The notes under the pieces are model-generated. The model was not told the origin of the DNA. It was given only the letters and a program-made list of their open reading frames with translations, and searched no databases. A stretch of 55,953 nucleotides of DNA, the filler included, from Trypethelium eluteriae (lineage: Eukaryota): the NCBI GenBank assembly GCA_051942245.1. It is 3 parts of 3 records of this genome, joined end to end, with 100 filler letters (N's around TTAATTAATTAA, not from the genome) between each part and the next. Parts side by side here need not be neighbours in the genome. Positions count along the whole stretch, not along the records: positions 18,742 to 37,305 come from JAVECL010000556.1; 2 more parts are not named here. One strand, given 5' to 3'. How positions within the stretch are numbered: position 1 is the first letter of the stretch; every line of letters starts with the position of its first letter. Below are positions 23,582 to 36,816 of this stretch, piece after piece. The translations under genes and the position numbers were made by a program.

Positions 23582-24409
23582 TGTCACGAGCGAGGTATAT
23601 GAATAGAGATCATATAGGAAAGTAAACAAATGCTTTTAGCGATTTTTTCTCAGCTCGACGACTCCAGTACTGGAGGGTGTGAGAGGCAATCAGGAAATAT
23701 TGTATGATAGACTAGGGCATCCATAATGCCTCGACATGATAGGGTGCTGCAGGGAGAAGAGGAGAAATCATGCGATTTTCCTTACATGCAGTCAAGGCCT
23801 TAGATGACCAACATTGCGACTCGGGTGGCTTTTCAGGTCATGATGCAGGGCCCAGGCACCAGTAAAGTACGGAGTACTTGCGGCATAACTTTGCGAATTA
23901 GAGTTGGAAAGCATAAGCGAGACCGTCATTTCGGCTAGCCTCAGCAGGGTTCGGAGATCCGAAGAGGGAAAACCGGAGAAGCCATTGCGGCCGGTCAGTG
24001 ATGGGTTTGCGTCATTTGGTAACGATTGTGATGCCCCGGATCAGCTTCCAACATGGCAAAAGATGATACACTTTGCTATTGGTCGTGAAAATGTGACAAG
24101 GCATTGAGTTTTCAGGTCTTAGACTAGCGCGCTCAGATCGCAGCGCCTTCTCAGACGCTAGGTGCCACGGGTGCTTCCACAACAATTCTACGGAGTACAA
24201 GTCGTTGCCTTTTTGGAGTCGCGTGACAGGTCAGGCCCCAGTACGGCGTATTCAGCTTCGAGGTTCAAGACTCAAGGGGACGAGCAGAATGGTTCGAAAT
24301 TACTAAGGTAATTAGCGTCTTGGCCGTTGACGAAGATGGAAGCAAGACCTGACCCCTGTTAACGCGTGGTGCGGTTCCTGCCGTGTCGTCGTTCCAGCAC
24401 CGCCGCAGC

Positions 24410-24458
24410 GTACCTACCTAGGTAGGTACATACTAGGTAGGAAGGTAGATTAGGTAGG
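24410..24458. repeat. Perfect 20-bp palindrome GTACCTACCTAGGTAGGTAC within a GGTA/TACC-rich patch
   Basis: 24410-24429 is its own reverse complement; more TAGGTAG copies follow to about 24458. Confidence 0.8.
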
Positions 24459-24630
24459 CCCCTTGGTGTCTTGGTGCCTTGCTGCCTTCGCAACTCTTTC
24501 CGCTTACCTCTGATCTCGAGTTTTGACTCTTAAGCGATTATTATATTACCTCATTTTCCGGTCACCACCTTCAGCTTTGAGGCCTATATTCTCACCGCAC
24601 TGACACTTGCCGTAGGGCTGATTAAATTGG

Positions 24631-25978
24631 TTAATATGATCTCGGCAGCCCTAAGACCCTCTCGCCTATGTAATTGAGGCACATTTCTCTACTCACCGGA
24701 GCGATGCGCGGAATCATTACTTCTCTCAGGTATCGCTCGACATGGTATTCCTTGGCATATCCCATGCCACCATGTGCCATTACCGCTCTTTCACATGTGG
24801 TGAAGGCCACTTCGCCAGCTAGATACTTGACCGAATTGGCGTACTCACCAGCTGAATATCCTTCGTCATACATGCGTGCTGCATGCATCACCATGAGTCT
24901 TGCAGCTTCGAGATGGACCCAGCTATCCGCGAGTGGATGCTGAATACCCTGGTTCTGGCCAATTGCTCGTCCAAAGACGCGACGCTCGGCAGCATAATTT
25001 ACCGCACGTCGAAGCGCAGCTAAGCCAAGTCCGACAGCTTCGCCAGCTAAAAGAATTCTTTCGGCATTCATGCCATGCATGATGAGCTTGAAACCGTTTC
25101 CCTCTTCTCCGATGAGGTCTTTCTTCGGCACTCTCCATCCGTCAAAGAAAAGGGAATTCGTATCCACTGCAGCCCTCCCCATCTTTGGTATCTCTGTCAC
25201 CTTGACACTGTCTCGATTTAGATCTGTGTAAAATAGACTCAGACCTTGAGATGCCTTGTCAACCTCCCCCAGTGGCGTTGTCCGTACGAGAATGAGTATC
25301 TTTTCAGCTTGCTGTGCAGTGCTTGTCCACATCTTCTGACCACGCAGAACATATTCAGCTCCCTCTCTTACTGCTCGTGACTGCAACTTCAGAGTATCGA
25401 GCCCAGTGTTCGGCTCCGTTACACCGAAACAGGCTCGTTCCTTCCCTTCAATAAGCGGGATCAGGAATCGCTTCTTTTGCTCTTCGCTCCCGTACTTTAC
25501 TACCGGGGAGAGCCCAAAGATGTTCATGTGAATACTACTTGTTGCAGTCATCCCTCCTCCCGACTCGGCAATCGTTTGCATCATTGTCGTTGCTTCTGCG
25601 AGTCCTAGCTCTGCTCCACCATAAGCTGATGGCATGCAGATTCCCAGCCAGCCGTCTTTGGCGATGGCATTGGTGAACTCGCGTGGCCATTGCTTCATAT
25701 TATCAACATGAAGCCAATAATCGTCCGGGAAATTTGAGCATATCCTGGATATTGCTGTGCGGACAGTGCTTTGTGACTCTGTGAGGTCTGGGAGCGGCGG
25801 GAGGTATTCTTGCGCTCGGCCATGGAGTCGTCGTGAAGATTGAAATTTAACAAGCAACGACCGGTGATTTAAGAAAATTGGCTTGCTAACATATCTGAAC
25901 TTCTGTGAATGTTATTTCACGTTAGTGATGCATTAGCGATGGTAGCTGACTGGCCTTCCTCACGTTTCTCAAGGCCAT
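24631..25978 (-). CDS. Acyl-CoA dehydrogenase, probably mitochondrial
   Basis: Micro-exon ATG 25978-25964 and intron 25963-25903 give MALRNKFRYVSKPIFLNHRSLLVKFQSSRRLH, an Arg-rich presequence. ACAD motifs: CFGVTEPNTGLD, GQKMWTS, AERRVFGRAIGQNQGIQHPLA, HGGMGYAKEYHVERYLRE. Confidence 0.93.
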
Positions 25979-26302
25979 CGGACTGCCCAGCATCTATGCA
26001 AACCCCACCAAACACCATGCCACTTCTCTTTACGTCTATATGAAAGGTAGTGACATCCTCAATTGGTCTATTTAAAAAATTTGCTTGTTACCATACCTCG
26101 GAACATCATGGCACGAAACGGCTACAGCAGTGCGGGGCATGGCCGACTCTGGAATTCCGACTCCGGCGAAGAATACGATCATGTTGATGGTCGACTGCAT
26201 GTCTATAAGAGCCAATAGACTGGAAAAAGAGCGGTTCGTATTTCCACTTCGTCGCTAATCTCATCGACTTGGGGCCCTCATCAAAGGCAATACTGAACTG
26301 AT

Positions 26303-27710
26303 ATGACGAGACCGCCGCTTCCACTATTTCGGCTCTTTACATCGCACCTAGTCCCACACAGACTTTCAGGACCTCCACGACAAAAGTCTTTAGATAGAAG
26401 CTTATCATATTCGACCGTCGTTGAATCAGCTAAGAACAATGGTTGTCTCAAGGGAATTAGAGTCCTAGATCTGTCTCGTATTCTCGCAGCCCCCTTTTGC
26501 ACACAAATCCTTGCCGATTATGGCGCAGATGTAAGTTAATACATGTAGATTCTGGATGCACAAATTTATCGGCTGATGAGTTGCGCAGGTCATAAAGGTT
26601 GAACAACCTGGCACGGGAGATGATACCCGACATTGGAAGGTCCACGGAGAAGACCAAAAATGGAACAAGACGGAAGGTCCCATGTCTGTCTACTTTACTG
26701 CCGTTAACAGAAATAAGCGTTCCATCACTCTCAACCTCAAGAAAAAGGAGGCGAAAGCTGTTCTCTTTGACTTGGCTAAGACCTCCGACGTATTCATAGA
26801 AAATTTTGTTCCTGGCAAGGCGGACGAGCTGGGCATTGGCTACGATAGCATTTCCAAACTCAATCCTCGAATCGTGTATGCTTCGATTTCTGGCTACGGT
26901 TCCACAGGGCCATATGCGACCAGAGCTGGATACGATGCTATAGCCGCAGCTGAGGGCGGTCTGATGCATATTTCTGGAGAGAAGACCGGTAAACCTGTCA
27001 GGCCAGGCGTTGGTATGATGGACATGACGACAGGTCTTTACACACACGGTGCAATCCTTGCCGCTCTACGTGCTAGGGATCAGACCGGCCGGGGACAGAG
27101 GATTGATGCGTCACTTCTTGAAAGCACACTCTCGATTCTGATTAATATCGGGGTGAACTGGCTCAACCTGGGCTTGGAGGGCCAGCGGTACGGCTCCGCC
27201 CATCCCAGCATTGCTCCATACGATACGTATGAGACGAAGAATGGATATTTTGCCATGGGTGCCAACAATGATCGTCAGTTCAAAGTACTCTGCGAGCGGT
27301 TTGGCTGCACCGAACTGCTCAAAGATGAACGCTTCGCAACCAATCCAAGTCGGGTGCAGAACAGGGAGACCATCGATGGAATTATGAATGACTTCTGTAA
27401 GCAGAGAACAATGGAAGAGCTAATGCAAATATTGAAGGGGAGTGGGCTCGCACACGGCCCAGTGAACTCAATTGAGAGAGCTTTTGAACACCCTCAAGCG
27501 GGGCCACGGCAGATGGTTCAGTCAACATCTTGCGATGCATTTGAGAATGGTGAGATTAGGATGATTGGACCACCCGTCAAGTTCAGTGAGAATAGGAGTG
27601 AGATTCGGGCGAGAGCGCCGTTCTTGGGTGAACATACCGATGAGGTGCTTCACGAAATCGGCATTTCGGACAAACGAATTGAAGACCTGAGAGCAATAGA
27701 AGCAATATAG
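26303..27710 (+). CDS. Family III CoA-transferase (CaiB/BaiF, SUGCT-like), probably mitochondrial
   Basis: [42 protein letters not shown] (intron 26531-26588), [12 protein letters not shown], catalytic-Asp motif AGYD, C-terminal RAPFLGEHT; Arg/Ser-rich N-terminus. Confidence 0.93.
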
Positions 27711-27922
27711 CTCTAAGATGGATGGACGAAGGAACGAGAGGATGGCACATCAAGAGAGCTTCACTCAACCGTCAGGTGAACGGCAGGAGACTGCTCTAAT
27801 AAACTAGTAATAACGTAACAACTCACCTGCCATCTACTCATTCAATACCTATCATCCATGAGTCCCCAGTAAGCTAATGCGTCAACAAGCCTTCGAGAAG
27901 ACAGTGGTCAAACACAGCATGA

Positions 27923-28564
27923 TCAGTCCTCTGTTGTAAAATTCACTCCGATGAAATCAATGACCAATTCCACGTCGGCACAATGCTCCTCAATCCTTTC
28001 CGTTTCTGAGCTTCTCCACCCGAGCAAATCCGTCATAGAAAGTTTCCCACAGAAACTCCCCTCTTTCTCCTGAGGAAGACCACACAACGTAAAGGTCTCA
28101 AAGTCCTGCTCACCGTGATAAACAACAACCAGCTTCCACTCATCCTCCTGCTTCGCCTTGATAATGTGAAACCCTTCCTCCGCATCGGGCTCGATCTCCC
28201 TAACAAGGCCGTATCTTTCTTTTCCGAAGCTTTGGTCAGAATTATCCTGTCCCGGCTTTTTCAAGCCCCACCAATTTCCCGAGAAATCGTAGAGAGCAGT
28301 GTCGTTGAGATAGAACCATGACTCCGTGGCACAGTGAGCAGGAGGGGTGTAGGGGAAGGCGGTACTGGCGACGGTGAAGCCGAGCGTGGTGATTTGCCGG
28401 CCCGAGAACTTAGTATCGCCAGCTGTTACATGGGTCGTGAGGTTGAAGAGAGAGTACTGCTGTTTTTGTGCGTCGCTGAGGATCTCTTGCGTAGATCCAT
28501 CTCTCCCGAACTCTGTAGCCGCGACGAGGAAGGGCAATGTAGCCAAAACAGTAGTGGGACGCAT
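27923..28564 (-). CDS. Hypothetical secreted protein (about 213 aa)
   Basis: Signal peptide MRPTTVLATLPFLVAA from ATG 28564; intronless ORF with 4 Cys; no recognised domain. Confidence 0.7.
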   Translation of the reverse strand: MRPTTVLATLPFLVAATEFGRDGSTQEILSDAQKQQYSLFNLTTHVTAGDTKFSGRQITTLGFTVASTAFPYTPPAHCATESWFYLNDTALYDFSGNWWGLKKPGQDNSDQSFGKERYGLVREIEPDAEEGFHIIKAKQEDEWKLVVVYHGEQDFETFTLCGLPQEKEGSFCGKLSMTDLLGWRSSETERIEEHCADVELVIDFIGVNFTTED

Positions 28565-29532
28565 GCTGTGATAATCCAAGTCTGAAGGCTTCCTACGCTT
28601 GTGTAGTGTCTGCGTTCAATGTAATCTACAAGAGAATCTACTGTCCTAAGGCTGGAGGACGTCGCTTTCGTATTCGTGCATCGAACGACAAGGGAGCGAG
28701 AGGCTCAGACTTGAGCCGTGCGTCAGCCCACATTCAAGGGATCGCATTCGTAAGACATCACTTCATTGCAATAAGACTGATTCATTTTTCATTCGCAATG
28801 CCATGTACAGACAGCTCGATGTCGGTGGTTTGGCATTTTGATTCGGTGGGCATGGGCAACGTCGCATCAAGGCATCATGAAAGGAAGCAGGTACGGAAGC
28901 CATTGTTTAAGCACTGAACGAATCATGAGATGCCAAATGAGCATGTCGAGATACTCTATTTCTGATGTACCGGCGCCAGAATCGATGGGAACAAGAATTC
29001 GATTTGTTGGAATGGAGTTGCCAGGGCAAAATGCGATGGAAGACTGCTTAAAGAGCTTAGCGAATGGCGCCCACGTGCGGTTCTACCGTAATTCGCTCGA
29101 ATTACTCAATACCACCAGTAAGTCGACCCACCTGTCTCAACGGGAACTCAATCTGGAAGATTGTTGAATGATGCCGATCTGTGCTCTGGAAGAATCTGGA
29201 AGAATTAGTTCCGAAAATGTCCACAATAAAAAGGCTCGTGTCACTCGGCTGAATTAATGAACCGGGATACTTGAACAGAATTGGCAGCTGATATGTTGAG
29301 CTCACGCAATCCACAAGTTTACGAAGGTTGCGATGGGTTTGCAGGAGCCTACATGGCCTTGACAAGCAGTCAAGAGTTACACGATAGATGAACATGGGTT
29401 CCAGTGGCAATTAAAGAACTACCTAATCCTATTCCCGCGTTATATAGATGGGACGTTCGATGTGAGACATTTATTTCAGAAGATAAAACATTGACCACTC
29501 CAAACCTAATTAAGCCTAATATTTTCGCCTTT

Positions 29533-30696
29533 CTAGGAATCTGATGGCCATTCAATGGAGACTGTGAACCAATCCCCAGGTATCTCTACTCCATTTTCTT
29601 CGGCCACATGTCTTATCAAGACTTCGAGCTGCAATATATATGCCTCGTTTTGATGCAATTCGGCCTGAGAACAGTGACAGAGTGCACCATGCTTCTTGCC
29701 GCGCATATCTTGGACGATCTCATGAACTAAGCTGAGCATATTGTGGAGATCAGACATTAAGCGACTTCGCAGCAGGTCTGTCTCGTATTCTCGAAGCGGT
29801 GCCCAGTAAATCTCACGATGCCATTTTTGTGACGGAGTCCTGAAATTGTGACCAGAGCCTTCCCGCAGCGAGTGAAATTCCACGTCACGGCGTAGCGCCT
29901 CAAACTCATCCCAAAGATCAAGGACAGGGTCACGTTCGATCGGCAAAGTCGTCCTGGAAAGCTCCTCAACATCGCGTTTCAGTCCGAGACAAGTAGCCAC
30001 TGGAACTCCGTCAAGCGCCACATTCGGCTGATAGTGCCCAACAGGAGAGATACTCCAATGAGCGTTTAGTGAGCAGTGATGGACATTGCGGATTGATCGG
30101 AGGGACTTGCATAGGAGATCGATCGCTGTATCCAATGGTGGTCCATAGGAATTTTGCTCCTGGGGATCGAAATGCGTAGAGACGTGCAGTTCAACAGACA
30201 GAGTATGAAGCCCACGGGGAAGATTCTCCACTATTTCTCGTAGTTCGTCTTCTTGTTCGATGTAAGCATCTATAGACGACATGAGTTCGATCTCTATATC
30301 CAAATGAATGTGCTGGAACTTCGAGGCCTCTATTTCTCCAAATAAATTCCTGAAAGAAAGGTAATCTGACTCTTCAAAAGCTGCAGCATGCCAGCAAGCG
30401 ACATTTCTCGTGCGCCATGTCACTGTCCGGTAAAATTCGGCTTTCACTTCCGTGTATAGCTGCCGGTTGACGAGAAGCAATGGACATTCCCAACGCTCTG
30501 GCTCAACGTCATGTAGAAATCTGGGACCATAATCATCTGTCTCTTGCCAAGGACGTACCACTCCTTGTGGGAGCAGATAGCTGTATATCATGGCCCGCAT
30601 CTCCGCCGGCAAATCCAATAAGCCTATCGGACGATGGGACTCGGAATCATCGGTACTTTCAGGCATACAGGAGCCTTTCAGCCTGGAGAGAGACAT
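29533..30696 (-). CDS. Hypothetical protein with N-terminal F-box-like motif
   Basis: IGLLDLPAEMRAMIYSYLLP...LLLVNRQLYTEVKAEFY, the typical fungal F-box-like N-terminus; intronless; start is ATG 30696 or 30666. Confidence 0.75.
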   Translation of the reverse strand: MSLSRLKGSCMPESTDDSESHRPIGLLDLPAEMRAMIYSYLLPQGVVRPWQETDDYGPRFLHDVEPERWECPLLLVNRQLYTEVKAEFYRTVTWRTRNVACWHAAAFEESDYLSFRNLFGEIEASKFQHIHLDIEIELMSSIDAYIEQEDELREIVENLPRGLHTLSVELHVSTHFDPQEQNSYGPPLDTAIDLLCKSLRSIRNVHHCSLNAHWSISPVGHYQPNVALDGVPVATCLGLKRDVEELSRTTLPIERDPVLDLWDEFEALRRDVEFHSLREGSGHNFRTPSQKWHREIYWAPLREYETDLLRSRLMSDLHNMLSLVHEIVQDMRGKKHGALCHCSQAELHQNEAYILQLEVLIRHVAEENGVEIPGDWFTVSIEWPSDS

Positions 30697-32290
30697 TTCG
30701 TGTTTCGGTGCTGACAAACAGACCATCGAGCGGTCTTGAATAAGCTGGCTAGTGTGGGTTTCAACGAATGGAACCAGCTTCTTGGACTCTGCTGCCGCTT
30801 CAATAGCCGGGGGATTGCTGTACTTGTAGTGGTCCGGCAGCTTAGAGTAGGACAGGAAATGGTGAAATAGACCATGATCCTGTGTGATGTCTCGATGCAG
30901 CCAAATTTAGAAGCTGCTGAGCGTGACTGAAGGTGATCCAGGTCGATAACGCCTAAAATAGTCACACAGGCCGTGCTGATTGCTGTCGTGTAGACAGCTG
31001 TAGAAGCCAATGATAAGAAGGGCTGCGACGAAATTGTAGAAGAATTCTGTCCTACTCACTGGGATATTCTCGTGATACTCAGCGATCCGTGCCATTCCCG
31101 AGATCGCTAGATGCTTGTGAGGCCAGAAGACTCACACGTTCGATGGCATCTGAGGAAGCTCGAATCAAGCGCTCTCTCATTGTGAAAACAAAGGATTTGA
31201 ATATGGATTTACCATTGCTAATCGGGGTAAGGAGGGCCATAATTGCCAACCAACCTAGTATTCCTCGTCCGGAAGACACTAAAGCACACATGATGGTTTG
31301 TTGGTTCCAGAGTTGCACTCCACATTGTGATGTCCACCGACAATAACAAGACTTCGGGAGACTTCTCGGCTTATGTATTTCCATCCCGATCTACGTATCC
31401 TGCAGTGTGTATGCTACGACCTGTTCGAATCGTGCTGAAAGCTAGGCTTGGAACTATGACTGAATTTTGGTCACTGATACGAAGGTCTTTTCTCATGAGT
31501 CTTTTACAATGTTAATTAGCTCAAAGAAGACTGAACCAGATGGATATCTTCAACGCAGTGCGGCTTGATAGAGGGTCTTCCTAGGAAAGTTCATCAATCT
31601 TGACTTGATCCACACAGCGCGACAGCACGATCAAATGAATAGTAGCTTCCAGCTAGGTACATAAGTGCGGTGGACAGTGCCGTATGATTGAGAGCCGAAT
31701 CGGAATGCCGAATGATTTTTCTTCCATTAGAGTGGTTATGGAGGGTGTCCACGGTGTGTGTCACACCTGTTTTGTCGCATGTGAAAATGGCGGATTCCAA
31801 GGTCAGCGGCTCTGATTTCCAAAATCGCAGCTTTCGATCTATATTCTGCGTAGCGTCTCTTGCAGCATCACACGACAGAAAACATCATGGCAACGACTGC
31901 TCGTGATTGACCGTGGCTTCAACACCATCCCACCGCCCAAGACTTAGCCGAAACACCTTTTAGCACGCTGACAGAAAAGTTGCACGCAGCCTGGTGAAGC
32001 CGTTCCTCCAATACTCTTGAAATCTGGTAATCTAGGACACAAGAGGTATTCCTTGGTGGTAGCTTCGGTGAAAGAGCCAGCGTGACCGCCGCCGAAGGAG
32101 CACGTTTTGGCCAATCAGCGACGTGCCGAGTCACGATGACAAAGTAGCTGTACTCCGTACCTACATCATTATTCCAGCACCACGCTTTCATCTTCCCAGC
32201 AATAACATCCCCTTCTATCCCCTTTAACACGAATCTCGATCTTTTGGCTCAAGTGGTCGCGCTCCACACTCGTATGAATGGCGCTCGAGT

Positions 32291-35102
32291 ATGCTTCTGC
32301 CACCAGATGTTCCTTCCATCTTTTCGGGTAACCATAGCCACAATACTCCCACGACAACAAATAGGCAGAAACAACGACTGCACAAAGCGCAAAGCCATGA
32401 CTCTCTATTAGCACCCCTTGTCCGTATAGCGCGCAACCCTACAGGTGTCCTCGAGTCAATTGTCGAGGGTTTCCGCAATGAGCCAACCGAAGGACCAGGC
32501 TGGGAAGCGGCGGAAAAGGAAAGCGAGAAGAGGATACTGTACTTTTGGCTGAAGACGGTAGGTCCGGACGAGTTCTGACTTGTGACCTCACATAGCTTAC
32601 TCAAGCTTTCTTTCATAGGCCACGACGTATGACGACTGGCGCAAGCATGCTTCGGACCTCGACCGACTGGAGGGGAATGACGCCTGGAAACGAGAACAGA
32701 ATTCAGAAGAATACAACGCAGACCTTATAGAAGCAAGATTGAATCAACTCGATGATGCGCGTATCAGTTGCGATCTTGGACGAATACTTTTTTTGATACG
32801 AACATCCCTCACTCGGAGTTTAGGTGGCATGGGCGATATACGATTGTACAAGCATTCGCACATTGGAACAAAAGATCTGCTAGAAAGATACATTGACTCG
32901 GCATGTCAAGCAATTACAAAGCTACTGGAACTTTCCAGCCACACGATGGAGACAGAACACGATACAAGGAGAGTGCTGGAACAAATCCTTGCCGCACGAC
33001 AATCGTTCGGGAGAAGCGCGCTGCTTTTGTCTGGTGGAGGCACCTTCGGAATGAACCATATCGGCGTTGTAAAGGCACTATGGGAGGCCCAATTACTTCC
33101 ACGCATAATCTCTGGATCTTCTGCTGGGAGCATTGTCTGCTCAGTATTGTGTACGAAGACGGACGCGGAGCTGCCTGTTGTGATTCAGGAGTTTTGCTAT
33201 GGCGAGCTGGACGTGTTCGAGAAAGAAGGGCAAGAAGAAAACGTATTGCGGAAAGCTGCTCGGTTCATGAAGCATGGGGCAATCTTTGATATTGCGCATC
33301 TGATCAGGGTGATGAAGAATCTTCTTGGTGACCTGACCTTCCAAGAAGCATACAATCGGACGAGACGAATCTTGAATATTTGCGTCTCGAGCGCGAGCCT
33401 CTATGAATTGCCAAGACTACTCAATTATGTCACTGCGCCTAATGTCATAATATGGTCTGCTGTGTAAGTCTTCCACGTAATTCTTACTATCCTTTAAAAC
33501 ACTAACATATCTCTGGTCAGCGCTGCATCTTGCTCTGTTCCCTTTGTGTTCTCAGCTGCCTCACTACTTGCAAAAGATGCGAAGACAGGCGCCGAGGTTC
33601 CTTGGAATCCCTCTCAATCCTACTGGATAGACGGTTCTGTCGACAATGATCTCCCGATGACCCGATTAGCCGAGCTTTTCAACGTGAACCACTTTATTGT
33701 CTCACAGGTGAATCCACATGTTGTACCATTTCTCAAGGATGAAGACACAATCGGTGCAGAGACCGTCCAATCAAGATCTGCCGTCACAGCTGGTTCTGGC
33801 TGGCTCCATACGATGGCAAGTTTGGCCAAAGGTGAAACTCTTCACCGCATGCATATGTTGGCCGAGCTCGGAATGTTTCCGAACATGTTCATGAAGTGTC
33901 GATCCGTCCTCAGTCAACGCTATTCGGGCGATATCACAATTTTCCCAGAGATACCTTACTCGCAATTCCCCAGAGTCCTAAAGAATCCAACGACGGAATT
34001 CATGCTACAAGCCATGCTCAGCGGCGAACGCGCGACTTGGCCCAAATTAAGCCGCATACAGAATCACTGTGCCATCGAGCTTGCCCTCGATGACGCAGTG
34101 CAACAACTGCGGGCTCGTGTGGTTTTTAGCCCCAGCCAAGTTGATCTTCGCATAAACGCCTTCTCTCAGTCAAACCCTGTTAGTGGCTCCATAGACCAAA
34201 AGTCGGGATTACGGTCAAGACCAAAGACTCGCCATCGAGTAACACGAAGTAACGACTCTTCCAAAGCACCACCACTTTACCGCAAAGCAATACCGCCTTA
34301 TCTTCTACCATCGCAATCAACCGACGATCACAAAACTTGTTCCGAGCAATCAACCACTCCACTTATTGCCACTGCGCCAGCTGACCTCACTTTCTCAAAG
34401 CTCCTGTCTGTGCCTTCCCCTCCGACTCCCGACATTTTCTCCGAAGCCGAAACTCTTCTTTCCCCCTCTTCCGCCGCGGATGACGAATTGGATGACTCCG
34501 GCCTTGACGATGACGCAGCTGATGACTCGCTTTCCTCCCCCTCAGATGACGAGCACTTCCCACCATATCTATCCGCCAGCTCCGTCTTCCCTTCACATTG
34601 GCTCTCGTCGCGCCCACTGTTCCCCTCCGCCAGCCAATCCACGACTCCGTCCCTCGGTCTCAAACGACCAAGCTCATCTCCATCGGCCTTGGCCTCACAC
34701 TATCAGCAATTGGAAGCGCAGTCGCCGCTTGCGGAGCTGAAGATGACGCCGCTGATCCCCAACCCCAACATCCATGGCTCCAACGATAAGAACAACGGCA
34801 GTGTTGGGGTTCCGCTTGACAGTGGCACTCTAACAAGTCCGCAGGCAGCCCCCTCAACGCGGCCACAATCGATGCCGGTAGAGGAGGGAGCGAGTTCGGA
34901 AGAGCAGAGGTATGAGCGGATTTTCCATGGGAACAGCGCAGTCTCGGCAGCAACGTTTCCGGGCATTCATACGAGGCTTCATGGCGGAGACCCGGAGGCG
35001 GAGGTGGAAGCTGGGGATCTCAGCGGGACGAGAGGGATGATGAGACGGAAGCGGAGTTTGAGTACGGGGTTGAAGGGTTTGCTGCCGCCGAATGGGCAGT
35101 GA
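32291..35102 (+). CDS. TGL4: Patatin-like triacylglycerol lipase (Tgl4/Tgl5 family)
   Basis: Introns at about 32558-32618 and 33464-33520. DUF3336-like N-region (YDDWRKHASDLDRLEGNDAWK), oxyanion GGGTFG, nucleophile GSSAG, catalytic DGS and NHFIVSQVNPH; long S/D/P-rich tail. Confidence 0.92.
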
Positions 35103-35742
35103 GAGGATGTGTCCAGGATCACGTGGGTAGAAGAGAAGACTTAGTAGGAGAATTCGTGGAGAATTTTTTGGCGCTGATGAGCATTTACGGGGTATCTACT
35201 GGTTATGGGGTACTTTGCGCTGCTATGACTGGCGATACTGGGAGAAGAGGGCTAGATAGACTTGGGCGTTGGTAGATGGGCATGGCAATGGAACAAGATA
35301 AGCATGACAACGGCAGTATATTGGTATCGTGGTATTCAGCAACGTACCGGCGGAGAAACAGTTTTAGCATTTCTTTGGGCGAGAACGTTTTCATTGATAT
35401 CAACGATCGTTCGTCAAAGTAATACGATTTGAAATATCTTTTACCAAGAAAGGTTGTGCTTCCGACGCTGTGGTCGAAACTTCTCTCCCGATTAACCTCG
35501 GATCTCGCCAAAAGTCCCAATGTCTGTTCTGGCCCTGGAGGGACCTGACGTCGAAGAGCGACTGAAAAACTAAATGAAAGACATGAGATACAGAGGTGTT
35601 CCCTCGAAGCGCACTGCGACTCGACTGAGAAAACTCCAATTTCGCTACAGTTCTATGCTGTATCTCATCAGCTATACTATAGCAAGACCAAAGATGACAT
35701 GTTTCGCTTACCTTAGCGAGGATACGCTCAAATCATCCACCA

Positions 35743-36816
35743 TTAATCGTCCGACCAGAGTTGTTGCTCAAGTGCCTCGAAATCCAAGCGTTCTTCTAGG
35801 TCAGGCGCAGGCACGTACCTCATAACCTCCAACGCCTTGATCATCCAGTTTCGCGCCTGTAATATCTCCATTCGTGATGGTCTTGGTCCGGACCTAGAAG
35901 TTCTTACGAATTTGCGCATTGTCACGTACATGGCAGCGTAGAAGTAGGTTTTGATAAGGCCCGGTGTCGCCAACCCTTCGGCTTCCAACAGCAGTGCTCG
36001 GATGTGGTAACAGATGCCGAGAAACACAGAAGAATGTTCACTGTTTTCAGAACGCATCTTGAGGGTGATGTCTTCGATTACGGCGTTCTCCTGAGTATCA
36101 TGCATGACATTGATATTGCAGCCGCGAGTGAGATAGTAGATCCCCTGTAATAGTCGTCTCCTCATGTCGCTTAGGTAGTGAAAATTTCTCTCCGGGTTAC
36201 AGGCCTCACAAATGCAGACGAATGGAAGCTCACGAGCGCGCTCCTCCGTCGTCTTCACTTCGAAAGAGTTCCCATAGCACAAGTTGATCTCGTCACCTTC
36301 CTGGATACTTTTGACAGCTTGTATTCCGCGCTGAACACTTGCGATACACGCGTTTGGGAGACAGGAGTGATTGAAGCGCGAGGAGATGGGAAGTAAACCG
36401 CATCGCATAACATTCATGGTACCAAAGGTATCGAGTCCCGGAATGAGTGGCAGCAGATTGTCACGAAGTGCATCCAGCTTCGAGGCATAGAGCGTTCGGG
36501 CGTTACGGCCTAGATGAGAGAATTGGCGCTTCTGCTCTCCATTGAGGTGGTTATAGCATTCCTGCATGTCGCTCTCGCTAAGTTCATGCAAAGACTTTCC
36601 AAATATAAACCAGGCTTGTTCATGCAGGATGATACTTCCTCTTCGAATGTATCTAGTAGCAAAGCAGCCCCAGCCTTTTCCAGGTGAAGGTTTCAATGCG
36701 AATGGGGCATTCTCCGGAAGCGAAAGACGAAGGTAAGCTTCACAGAGTCAGCAAATAGTTTGCTTCACCTCGAGGCTACGGTATTTCTTACGGTGATCTC
36801 CTGCTACTAGAGCCAT
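35743..36816 (-). CDS. SET-domain lysine methyltransferase (Set5-like accessory family)
   Basis: ATG 36816 and a short intron (GTAAGA..GCTGAC..AAG) give MALVAGDHPYLRLSLPENAPFALKPSPGKGWGCFATRYIRRG. SET motifs SRFNHSCLPNA, EINLCY and post-SET FVCICEAC. Confidence 0.85.

Noticed and set aside
28838..29410. Short ORFs between the secreted-protein and F-box-like genes
   Set aside because: Fragmentary, with no convincing family motif.
30750..32250. Cluster of 60-110 aa ORFs upstream of TGL4
   Set aside because: No motifs or consistent exon structure found; treated as the divergent promoter region.
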